Shown here: positions 12,314-24,535 of the stretch, piece by piece
How the letters are laid out: the number at the start of each line of letters is the position of its first letter
Position numbering within the stretch: position 1 is the stretch's first letter
From: Catajapyx aquilonaris
Lineage: Eukaryota
Direction of reading: 5' to 3'
DNA length: 51,883 nucleotides
NCBI GenBank assembly: GCA_000934665.2
Contig: JYFJ02000716.1
Location: forward strand, 62,001 to 113,883
Translations under genes and position numbers: made by a program
Notes under the pieces: generated by a model
Databases searched by the model: none
Seen by the model: only the letters and a program-made list of their open reading frames with translations
Told to the model about the DNA's origin: nothing

Positions 12314-14335
12314 ATAAGTAAAACCAAAATGTCTCTTTTATCAACCGGGAATCTGCAGTTGCCAGGCTCGTGCCTGGATCGAGTTTATACCGCAACAAAC
12401 ATGGGTTTTGGAGCATCCAAGAGGATTTTCCTTATTTTCATACGACTATGGTAGACCTCAAATTGGTAAGCGTAATGTACATATACAGAAGCGGTCGGTA
12501 CCGAGGAAGTGGGCGGATTTGTGTTGTGGGGCACGTTGCATTAAAAACCGCAATGTCTGATAGCAAAATCAGCTTTAACGCGATTTAGACATTTGCTGGA
12601 CAAAAGATAGACTGAACATATACAGAGTATTATTGCAGTGCATCATGCGATGATAAGATACCGGAAACAATATACGCAATGGTGTCTTCACAGAATACCT
12701 GAGATAGCACGTTTGTTATCAGCCGGCATTGGCTCAAAAGGAATTATGGAACAGTGTTCACACAGGTGTCTTTGTGTCGTTGGGTTTGCAATCAGCCAAT
12801 CAGAGACCGGTCTTTCAGTTAAGCCACACCGACAACTGCGTCCGTCTGAACCTTTGTCCTCTACAGCGAGGCAGTAGGACAAATTCTGCGTGTTCCGCAG
12901 TGCAGTTTAGGCTGGAGAACGATATAGTCTTTACTATACACTTTTTAAAAAAACCCGGCCGCAACACACAACCCTTTTGAGTCAGAACTTTTGCGGCGTG
13001 GGAGCAAATAATAGAACAATTTTTTTTCCCCCTCTGCGTCTATCTCTCGCTCCGACGACCGCATGTGTAGCTTGGTGTGTAAATGAATGTTCTGTATTTT
13101 TATGCCCATGAGCAGGATGTCATGCATGCTAATATTAGAGAAAAGATACCGGTAGTTATCATTTTCATGCCAAATTTGGAAACAAAAATATACACTATGG
13201 CATCCTAAGTTCAAGTTGGACGTAATTCTTATGAGCAAAAGGTTGTTGATTTTTGCAGCGATATAAAAAAAAATTAATTATGTGGATTACTATCCGGATT
13301 TACTGTTCTTTTTTCCTGAATACGACCCCGTTGGATTCGTGTCTTATTGAGAGAATGACCTTAATAAAAAGTAGTAATTAACTTTGATTTATGGTATGGT
13401 AGAGGGCATTACGTCTGTCATATCTTTTTATTACTTTAAAAATATTAGCGAGTGGCATTGAATTAATAATATGGACATACTGGTGTAATATAATGGCATG
13501 ATAGCATGAACAATATGAAGCTGACATTCACTGGATATTGCGTGAGACCAGTAAAGAGACAATGTCGTTTTGAGAAACTGAGAGTCATGTAAAGTTGTCG
13601 GCCTGACCAGCAGATTTCATGTGGTAAGATGCAATTTCACCCCGCCGGATATTGGGCAACCAGCGCCTTGTCAATATAAGTTTATTATCAGTAATGTACT
13701 GTCTAAAATTGCGATCTTTTTGATAGCAGTCGAGATAAAGCACTGATGGAAAGTTGAAAAAAGGTTGGGCTTTTTTTGCGCTCTCAAGGGAACGTTGATG
13801 TTACGACAAAAGCATGGACTGAGCATTTTAAAATCCATTTTGAGTTGACTGCACCCGGGGTCATAGATACTTTGAAATTCATCTGCGATCATGATTTTAC
13901 ATGCCATTACTTCAAGCCATGAAACTAATACTCGGCTGATATTGTGCACGATAATGATCACTTTGCGTGTCATGTTTCAGTTTTGACAAAAGTGTTCCCC
14001 CGCGCCCCACCCCCCTCTGTTCATACAGTTACATTACGCACCGGATAATGCACTTCCCATAAAATTGCATAAATATTGTGCAAGCACGTAGTTTTAAAGG
14101 CCATGCCCAGTGGTAATAATCCAAGCCGTACCAAAATATGACACACCCTGTCACACTCATCCCTACGTTGTGCCTTATCGAACGTCTAACGCACTCACGA
14201 GGCGATGAGGTGTAGATAAGGGCACAGTCTGATGTGAAAGTCGAGTGAGATCAGAGGAAGTCAGTCTCACCACAACTTTGTTTTCTTTATTGTAACGCAG
14301 ATCACGACACAACAGAAGGCTTCAGAATCGCAGGA

Positions 14336-17300
14336 ATGATGGACCTGATTCTGCGAGCTTTTCTTCTCGCAGTGTCTTCAGGATTAGTGCTGCACACAGC
14401 TGCAGGTAAGTTATGTAACAAGTGTCCCAAAAAAATGTTTCGGAAAAAAATCATTGGTTGCTGGGGTGAACAATTCGTAACATTTGGGGGGGCTTTAGTT
14501 TTTAATATCTGATGCGTAGGTTTATGGGGATAGCTTGAATTAAATTTTCCATGGCTTCCTCTATAGGCTGGATTCGCAGCCTAATCTACAGGCTGTGCTT
14601 ATTGATTCGCGAAAATTAATTGCGTGCAACTCTAACAATGGCTCGCTCATAATCGCTTTTTATGTGAAGGGTTCGAACAAAAATAACTTTCACTTGTTAT
14701 CGGAATAATCACGGGAATTTTGGGGAGCCACTTTTGACCCTCCTTGTTTCCACTGGCACGTTCGCACGAACCATTACAGCGGTTTATTTTTGGTATACCA
14801 TTTTGGCAGAATTGTAAAATGCTGATTTGCTGATTTTCCCACATTTAGGAATTCATCCTTGCGAAATACTAGGAACATGTTCTCAAATTTGCATCCCACA
14901 AAACGAGACCAAGTTGTACCGATGTGAGTGCGTGTCCGGTTACTCGATGGATCCAGACGACGACAGCAAGTGTATGTCCGAAGAAGGGAACATGGCCCTG
15001 GTCTTCTCTGACACTCGAAACATCCGAAAGTACTGGCCGAGCAAACAGGAGGTCAGAGTCCTGGTTGCAGAGCGATCCAGGGTGGTGGCAGTCGACTACG
15101 ACCTGACCTCTGACCTGGTCTTCTGGACTGACGTTCAAGATCTGAAGATTTGGAAGGCGTCACTCAGCAACGGGACCAACCTGACAGCCATTATCACCAC
15201 GGAGATCAGGGTTCCGGATGGGCTGGCCGTCGACTGGATTTACCAGAGGATTTACTGGACAGACTACGAGCTGCAGACCATACAACTGACAGACTTCGAT
15301 GGACAGAGCAGGAAGACGCTCATTCACACTGACCTGGAAAAGCCTCGAGCAATCGCAGTCGATCCTATCGAAGGGTGAGGATCACAGCCAAATATAGTGA
15401 TTAATTTTAAAAATATCTTGATAATTTTTCAGATGGTTGTTTTGGTCCGATTGGGGTACACCTGGAGCTCTGGAGCGCTCCGGAATGGACGGATCGCATA
15501 GGGAAGCCATAGTGAAGGAAGGTGTTGGTTGGCCCAACTCTCTGACCCTTGACCTGGTGCAGAAGCGGATCTACTGGGTGGACGCCAAGTCGAAGACACT
15601 GAGTACGGTCAACTACGATGGAACAGACAGACGAGAGATCCTGAGGTCCGATTGGCTCCTGACTCACCCTTTTTCCATCACCACCTTTGAGGATCAGCTC
15701 TACTGGACTGATTGGTCCAAGAGGTCAGTCTTCAGAGCCGGAAAGTTCAACGGAAACAACTTCAGGCCATTCATCTCGGTGGCCACTCAGCCAATGGGCA
15801 TCGCGGCGGTGCATCGCAACAGGCAGCCACTAGGAACCAACCACTGCAACGGACACGGATGTTCCCACCTGTGTCTGCCAGCTCCTCAGGTGTCCAAGTG
15901 CTCTCCGAAATTCACCTGCTCGTGTCCCGACCACCTCCGACTCGGACCTGATGGTCGCACCTGCACCAATCCTCCAGTCGAAGACATCTCTCCGTATGGA
16001 CCAACAGCTGCCAACCAGGACCTGTGTCCCACCACTGAAGCGCCTACCACTACCACCACCACGTCCACTACTACCACTACCACTACCACCACCACCATGC
16101 CGACCACGACAACCACTGAGGAAACTACTACTATGCCCACTACCACCAGCACTACTACCCTACCCACCACTACTACAGTGAAGAAAGTGCCGGAGGATCA
16201 AAGTGCCAATAACAATGTCCCACCACTACCATCAGGAAAAGCTCCTTCTGAAGCACCAGGTATGCTAATGTGAACATTCTTTCTTTATCTCATTAAAAAT
16301 TATTACGTGCTTAAAAATGTGATAATCACCGAGTATAAATAATACATAGTGAATGTAAAGTCTGGACCAAAGAGTTATGCTACTGTATACATAATTATAC
16401 AGTGTAGTTACAACATAGAGGTTTTACATCTAGGTAATAATATGGCTATTAGGGACTAATAGGGGCTAATAGGTGATTATTGTCCAAACTTTAGGGTCAC
16501 CCTGTATTGCAAAAACATTTTGTGCGCCCGAAAAGTGTGTGACACTTTTTTTTTCTCTCGCTCTTTCCGGAGCGTACTTGATTCTCGCTCGAGGGAGTAA
16601 CGCGCAATTTCGTTAACATGCAAGAGAAGCGCTAATTATATTCTGCTAGTATTTGAATTAATGCAATTTTCTGCAAGAACCGTGAGCATTAATTATGTAG
16701 TTGAGCACCACGTTTCTGGTGCAGGCTGCGCCAAACCCTTTTTTAATATAAAGTTCCTCAAATATAACGCGACACTTTCTATTTTTTTTACCTGTTCCTA
16801 CATGCTCGATATAATATGACTGTATATACACTATGTACTGGAAAATTGTCATAATTTCCGTCATGTTATTATCAGGATTGGTACAACTGAGACGTAGTCG
16901 AATTTTGATTATAGATATCATCAAGAGCTAGCTCTTGATATCATATGTTGTGCACATTCTCGTAATAAGCATGTAGTACTGCCTGGTGTACAGAGCTTGT
17001 TCTTGCAGTAGTCTGATGCACATGACTTGAATTCCTTTCCTCCTTTTTTTCTCCCTCCCAAATAGTGATTTCTGGAGCTGATGCACGTGCGCAACACATG
17101 CCTCAAATGGGGCCTCATCCGGGCACAATAGCCATCATAGTTATTGGGGTACTGGTAGCATCTGCTATCCTGGCTGCACTTGTAAGTAATTACATCTCTT
17201 TTTGATTTTTTGGGGGGTATCCACTCTTTTAAAATATTTCTGAATATTCTTCCAGGCTGCGTATGTCACACTTCGACTGAGACGGTCCAACACATCTTAC

Positions 17301-17366
17301 AAGTTCGAAGCGACGTTCCGTCCAGATGAAGACCAGAGGGCCTTTATGAAGAGCGAGAATGTATAA
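14336..17366 (+). CDS. Lipophorin/VLDL-receptor-derived membrane protein A (~549 aa): SP-EGF-YWTD propeller-EGF-Thr-rich stalk-TM-short tail; no LDLa repeats
   Basis: Exons 14336-14405 (signal peptide), 14849-15374, 15433-16259, 17066-17181 and 17256-17366 are all phase-consistent GT-AG. Six blades (LVFSD, VFWTD, IYWTD, LFWSD, IYWVD, LYWTD), EGF CSHLCLPAPQ..CSCP, TM TIAIIVIGVLVASAILAALAAYVTL, tail ends ...MKSENV*. Confidence 0.9.
16030..16177 (+). repeat. ACN-rich coding repeat (poly-Thr, O-glycosylated stalk)
   Basis: Encodes PTTEAPTTTTTTSTTTTTTTTTTMPTTTTTEETTTMPTTTSTTTLPTTTT, at the position of the LDLR O-linked sugar domain. Confidence 0.85.
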
Positions 17367-19688
17367 GAGTCTATACAGGATGTATTATTATTTTTATCGC
17401 AACGTGGTCGAAACGGTGATATTGTTACAGAGAGCCAGTACGGATTTCACGGCTCGCACATATATCATGTTGCCAAAAATCCTGTTTATAAAATGATTGC
17501 GAGAATCTGATTTGAAAACTGGGGGGTCTGACAATTCAGCGAATGAAAGTGAAGTGTGTTTTTTGGCAAGCCTTTGCACAAAAGCAAATGCAGAATTATT
17601 TTCCCTCGATGAGAGTGCCAATATGTAACAAGGATCAATGATTTTGTACTGGTCATTTTACCTAGGGAAATGTTTCAAAAAGGTATGGTAGTATACACCA
17701 CCTACACTAGACCCTATGTAGTATATGTATACATATGATTGCATTTAATATTGTTGTAATCCGTGCAAAAAAAACGCTATTCAGTTATTTGTAGTAATGT
17801 TACTAGCAAAGTCAGGTACACTGTTTTAATTATGTTGTTAAGGTGATTTGAATATTAATAGAGCGGAGCTCACATGAAGTGTATGTGTATAATTTGTGCC
17901 AATGTAAACGTGCCATCCTATAGCTAATTTGTATAAGCGTTTCTAGTAAATATTATTCTATTTTCAAATGTTTGCTTTATTATGTAATTGAACCAGGTGC
18001 CAGTAAATATTTTGTAGGCTAATATACGCTTGAAATATGACAATTTTTATTTACAGCATGCAAGTAGTAAATGTTGAGTTTCAGGATTCCCACCCGATTA
18101 ATATTTCAAAAAACTGGAAACACAAAGTCATAATACTGGTACACCAGTACATTATGCACGAACGCAAAAAAAGAGATCTTGTTATATTCATGGACTTGCT
18201 GAATAATTGAATTACTAGTACAGTCGCAGTTTTTCATAACATGAAGTTCTCCCGAGCGTATTGTACAATAACATGAATAGTGAAGTTGTCAGACTGTGAA
18301 CAACAACGAGAATAACCGCTTAATATGACTTCATCATTCTGATTATTATACTGCCTCCAGCAGTGACATTTCACTAAAATGTAATTGTGTTTCTTTAAAT
18401 AAATATTGCTACTTAAATAACTGAGAACATAACTTGCATTTTGAAAAAGCCTAGTCAACACACAACATGAGTTTATATCCAGTGGGGTTTTTTCCATGAT
18501 ATTTTGCAACTAGGATTTTCCTCTTTATTGTTTTCTGTCTCGTGTAACTTTTGAACTGGCATGTTTGATTGTTTTCCATAGCGTTAGTGCTGCTGGTGCT
18601 GATGTTTGCACAATACTGCAGTGTATATTCAGGCAGGACTGCTCATAGTCGACACACCTTGGGGGAATCAGTGCTGCAGCACCCGAAACATAAAAAGTGA
18701 TTAATTAGACTTTTAAAAATGCGCGGTTTGCAGCATAACTTTAAAAAAAATCAATGCTCATTTCCTATTGATTAGCCTATGCCTGTACGATCGCATAAAT
18801 ATTAACGACGCCTATAGAACTGTGCAACTACATGGCTGATGTTATCCTATTCCAAATGACGCGCAGCTAATAACAATGCCGGCTAAGTTCATATTCAGGT
18901 CTATCTCCATCCATAATGTAATTAGCTAAAAATGTTAATTTTAGTTTACACATCTGACCAATTTTGTGGTTTTCCACGAAACATATCGACTTTTTTTGGA
19001 CTACCAAACATCTACAAGTGCTCTTCAGCTTATTGGCCCAAATCCTGGGATTCCTGCCCAGATTTTCTTCCGTATAATTCTGCACGCACCATTACTCTCC
19101 AAAATAACGTGCCTTTTTTAAAAAAAGTCCCCCGGTCCTCCATCACCCGCAAAAACGAATGGCAAACCCAAACCACTCCGAACAGGACCGGAATCTCCAT
19201 TTTTATCGCACTTCATACTAAATGTTTTTAAGCAGCTGTTTCCCCTGCCATTTACCTCATGTTTAATCTGATAGAAACATGCAGAACGTGTCGCACGTAA
19301 TATTTTTTTAATTACAATTGTTATTATTGTTGATTCGTGTGTGGGTGGGTGTCCATACACACATTGGACGTACTCGACACCGAGCTAATTGGTATTTTCA
19401 CCGAGATTTATCAGAGGGTTATTAATACTACCGGAAGGCAAGAGCCTGCGTGTTTGTGAATTGAATAGTAGCGTCGGCGCGGGGGCAGATGGACTGTTCG
19501 ATAGTGGCAAGTGCCAGGGGGTTGGGGGTGGGGTGCACGGTGGGTGGTAAAGAGAGAAGGAAAAGCCGGCAATAGGCAGCCGACCCGGTATGGCGGAGGA
19601 GCCATCGCAGACAAGGAGGACAGGACGTGGGTGCTCCAGCTGAACCGTCTGTCTGCTGGGTTGCTGAGGAATCCTGTGCCGCACAACC

Positions 19689-22600
19689 ATGGGACACACG
19701 GTGCTGGCTCTTTCCTTCCTGGTCTGCATCCACGCTCTCGTGTCGGGTGAGTGACCCTGTGGGTGACGATCGATCAACTACGGTCGGAACGACGACCCCA
19801 TCTTTGTACACACCCACTCTCTCTCTACACCCCCCACTATACACACCCACCCCCGTCGACGGTGGCTAGACAGTCGCCGGAGATGACTTTAAAGATAGGA
19901 CATCCTATACTCTCTGTATTGTGGACTATGGTGGCCATTTTAGGACTCTTAGGCTGGTCCTGGCTTGGGAGGTGGGACAGTGCCATTGGTTTTGTCCCAT
20001 GTCTGGTTCCGGCTTGGACACGGGACGTTATTCATTCATTTCGTAACCAAAATATGATCCAATTTATTTACGTACAGTATATTTAATATATTCGTTCAAC
20101 ATTTACATGCTACATAGGCTATATGTTGATAATTCGTTTTTAATGTAATTATTTCCTTTATACTGTGTTAGCCCACGAATAATTTCGAGAATAATTTAGT
20201 ATGTACCTGTGTATTACTATATACGTTGTTGAATAAACACAGAATATCGGATCATGGACTTATCACAAATTGTGCAGTGTGAATGACCCAACGTGAACAT
20301 ACGCCGGCAGTGAAGGACACTTTCTATATGAAGTGAAAAACAATGTTAAAAAATAATCGGGCAATAACTATCGAGATAGGGGCTTCCAATATGAGTACAA
20401 AGCTGGACATGTCCCACTGGCAATTTGTCCCGTCTTCCAAGTCAGGACGAGAACACACACTGGCAGTGCACTCCCTATGAAGTGAAAAATATTGTCATAT
20501 AAAAATAATTGGGCAATAATTGTAAATGTCGATATAATGGCTTCTAATGTGGATACAAAGCTATAGACATGTCCCACCGGTAATTCTGTTCCGTCTCCCA
20601 AGTCAGGACGAGAATTACAGAGGAACTGGTGAGGGGCCATTGAATTTGTTGTTGTCGTTTTTTTTGCAACAAAACGAGGGTGTCCTCTAAATAGGGAAGG
20701 ACTGATTGATTAGGTGGTAATGGCGCAACGCGGCAGTTGGTTGGATGAATATAAGGAGGGATGGGTCGTAGGAGGGGTATAGAGGCTAATTTTAATTACG
20801 GCTGAACCGAGGTGTAAAGCAAATGTTTACTGAACTAGGGGGCATTACACTGGAGTTGCTCAACTTGCAGCCAGGTTGCTCGTCTTGCAAAATCAAACGT
20901 AAATTTTAATTTGATATACAAAATAATGCAGTGTTACAGGAACGTAATTTGATAAAGGCCATTTGAATTTACAGTGCACCATTGGGAGTCTCTTGTTTAC
21001 AGTACACTTATTATGTAGAAATAATCGCATTACTTTACGCGTCGTCAAAATACACGGATCCTTTCGCCATGCAGCGTACATGAGCATTGGTTAAAATAAC
21101 ACCGCATTAGTTCAGAACAATACCGCAGTGTGTAATTATTTCACTCGTACGCTCCAGTGGCAGAGCCATTATTACATTTTAAAAGCAACTTATGTCTAAC
21201 GACCCATTAATTTAGCATTGAAGTGCCACATGATGACTATTCCATTGCGCATGAATATCACAGAGTACCGTACACATAATAGGTGGGGCATAGCGCTGTC
21301 TAAAGGAGAAAGTGAAAATTTCAGCGTATGAATTAAATCGCGAAAAATTGCCAAATGTACCAAATTCTTCAATTATTCATTTTCTTATAAAAGAACCATG
21401 CTTCGTATATACGTAGGTTCATTCCTCCCTTGACCGAGGCATAAAGGTCGTAATAATAGCCCTCATTCAGCACAATAAAGCCAGCCAAAAGAAGCGCGGA
21501 AAGTAATTGAGAAACATCCTGGGGCTTGCAAGTCATGACCTCTGTAGTACGCATCACAGCCGCATTAATTTTGCATATTGCCCACTAACGAGAAAGCCTC
21601 GCTGTAGGCACTCTACCGAACATACGCCGCATTTGCCTATTTAAAAATTTAGCCAGAAATTCTTTTTTGTCTTCCTAATGTATTTTTTTTTTGTTATTGG
21701 TTTAGTAGGTTGGGTTGAATGGAAGTGAAAATAATTTTCGATCCGACCCGTAGATCCCTAGTAAAAATCCGCACGTGGCTCCATCTCTCTTGAAGCAGTC
21801 AAGGGCACAATCCATCATCCCAACCACTCGACTGCAGCACGAATTAAACCGCATGTAACCCCTGCAGAAAAGCGACTAACTAAAACGCCGGTTTTTGACG
21901 ATCCCCACGAGAACCACCTTTTTAAACTCTATTGGGAGGAAAAGGCGGCAGTTTAAGCAACCAGGTGCAAAGCTCTCCCAAGAATCCGGATCGTGATTAG
22001 TGGGTCCTAAAGTCGGAGGTTAGGAAGGCTACAATTCGTAAATCTCCTTTTCTCCTGTTCTTCCAACCCAGTACGTTGAACTTGGGGAAAACTCACACAG
22101 GAGCAGCCCAGAGATGGAGAGGGGGGGGGGGTGCCTTTCTATTGATTTCTCCCTCTACCACACTCCTCCCTACTCCTCCACTCCCCTACTTATACCCTCA
22201 GGCAATCGAAATTTATGAGAGATTTCACTATTCCGTGCTGGTAGTAGGGTGCACCAATATACTGCTCAAATCTGAAGAATTTTTCATCTATAAGTTCGGC
22301 TCTGATAAATTATTATTTGTACTGATCGTTGAACCCTTGCATTGTTATATCTATAATATTAATAACCTATTCATGGTGTATGGTTATGCCTTCTGATTGG
22401 TCCGCCGTATAGTGTAACCGCGACGCTTCCGATTTGCTTTTGGTCTGAGCAGGCGCAATGGGAGTGGGAGCAGCGCCTCTGGTGAGTGGGAGGAGGAACC
22501 ATTCATTCGTTCGCTGTCTTCCGGAGGGTCTACATCACTTGCTCCCCACCTCCGCATCCAGTGAGCGAAGAGATGGTTTTTAAAAGTAACAATAATATCA

Positions 22601-24503
22601 TTGATTAACAATTTAGTCAGCCCAAATAATTTATCCGAACCGTATTAGATGAAGATAGGGTGACTAAAGCCTGGACACTTCATACTACTAATCCGCTTAT
22701 TCTCTCCGTCTGTTTATATACCGTCGTCCGCTGATAGTACCCCTATCTTGAGAGCGGCAGAAGTGTGAAGAGGGAGGTGCGCCACATGTGAGAAGATAGC
22801 AATTTTAAAATTATTTTTTTACAAAAATAACCACTATTTTTTGCCGATTATTTTTACATTTACGTCATTTAAAATCAAACATTTTTGGGTGTAGGCCTAT
22901 ACTCCGGCCAGATTTTTCTTCGAATGAAAACTTCCTGATGAGGCCTTAGAGGTCTATTTTTCCGTAGTAATTGGCCGTATTTCTTTGGGAGTCGTGGCCC
23001 ATCCTTCGCATGATCATTAAAATTTAATATTCTCAATCCGGCTGGAATCCCGGATTGGATGGGAAGCCCAGGCGAAGCAAGGTTGGTGGGACGTGAATAA
23101 ATCCCTTTCCGTAGAGTTCTCTCTCTCTTTTTTTTTCTTCAAACCAATTATAGTAATCGAATTCCTGCCGGGATTTGCTTGCAGACAATATATACAAGAT
23201 CAATAAGTTTCAATAAAAAATTGAAACTACTGGTGAGTCTCACAGTATACATCGAATTCCATCAATATTTTACGACCATTTTGCTCCGATCGGAATTGCC
23301 ACTTTACAGTACAAGGTGTCGAAAACGTCCTTTACTATAGTATATGAAACACCCTGTATTTCAACCCTCATATGCGGTTCATGTATAGATCATTGTGAGT
23401 CGGCCTTTCAGTGTTCCGGTCATGCACCCACGATGCTGCAATCAAGTCTCTGACTTTTTTTTTTTTTTCGGGATGTGATGTCAGTGTCATCCATTGCTTA
23501 TCCGGAACATCCGCTGGGAACCATAACAACGCGACATTACCGCGACAGATAGCCGCTGCGGAGAATTGCCCATGAAAACCGCGATGGACTGGTAACTAGT
23601 GTCACCCACACTCTTTTTTTCTTCTTCTAAATGCAGAGTTAAGCATCATGTGTGATTATGTCTGGCACTGTGATTGTTTTTAAAAATTCAAGTAACAGTA
23701 TCACTTGTCGACCCCCCCAAACACACAGGAAGAGACAGGTCCTTGTGGGACATGGAGTTCATCAAATATTTGGTGTAACTTTACTCCGCCTTGAGCACCC
23801 TCTTATTAATTCATTACACCTCGATATTTTTAAGTGCTCCTGGGCCACAACCACCCCTTAGCAAAAATCCATATTTTTCGCCACCCCCCAAAAAAATTTC
23901 GCCGGGTTCCAAACCTACTCTCATTCTGTGAAAATCGACATTTCATGTCCAACCTCCCCCAGCCTGCTGCGGTGTCATATTCCCCGTACTGTAAGCTACA
24001 GGGTGTACTACAGCACCCTGCACCTCTGGCATTAACAATAACCCGAGCCCCGGATATCGATTGTGCCCAAAGAGGTCCCCAGGTGACCCCAGGCCAGGGT
24101 GGGGCAAAACAGCATATGGGGGTTATAAACCTCCCAATTTTTGCACATTCACAGGGGCCAGAGGCAACTGCCAGAAGCCTGGTGCGTGTTCCCAGGTGTG
24201 TGTGGAGGACGCAAGTGCGGTCGAGGGTCACCGGTGCGAGTGTGAGTCTGCATATATGCCAGCACAGGATGACCCAACAAGGTGTGTGGCAAAAGATGGA
24301 CACACCTTCCTGCTTTTCGCGTCACATGGGGAGATACGACGGATCTCGCCTAAAGGAAAGGAGTCGCTGACCATCATAGCCAATGCGTCCAAGCCTCTAG
24401 CATTGGACTTCGACTTCCGAACTGGGATGATCTTCTGGAGCGACGCAGCAGATTCCAGGATTTACAAGTCAGTGGCTGGAAAGGCGCTGTGGGAGGGCCC
24501 CCT

Positions 24504-24535
<32 letters not shown>

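Noticed and set aside
15886..16181. Poly-Val and poly-Pro ORFs
   Set aside because: Antisense and alternative frames of the poly-Thr stalk.
19385..20086. Cluster of overlapping ORFs on both strands
   Set aside because: A GC-rich promoter, 5'UTR and first-intron region of receptor B. Only the 58-nt signal-peptide exon is supported.
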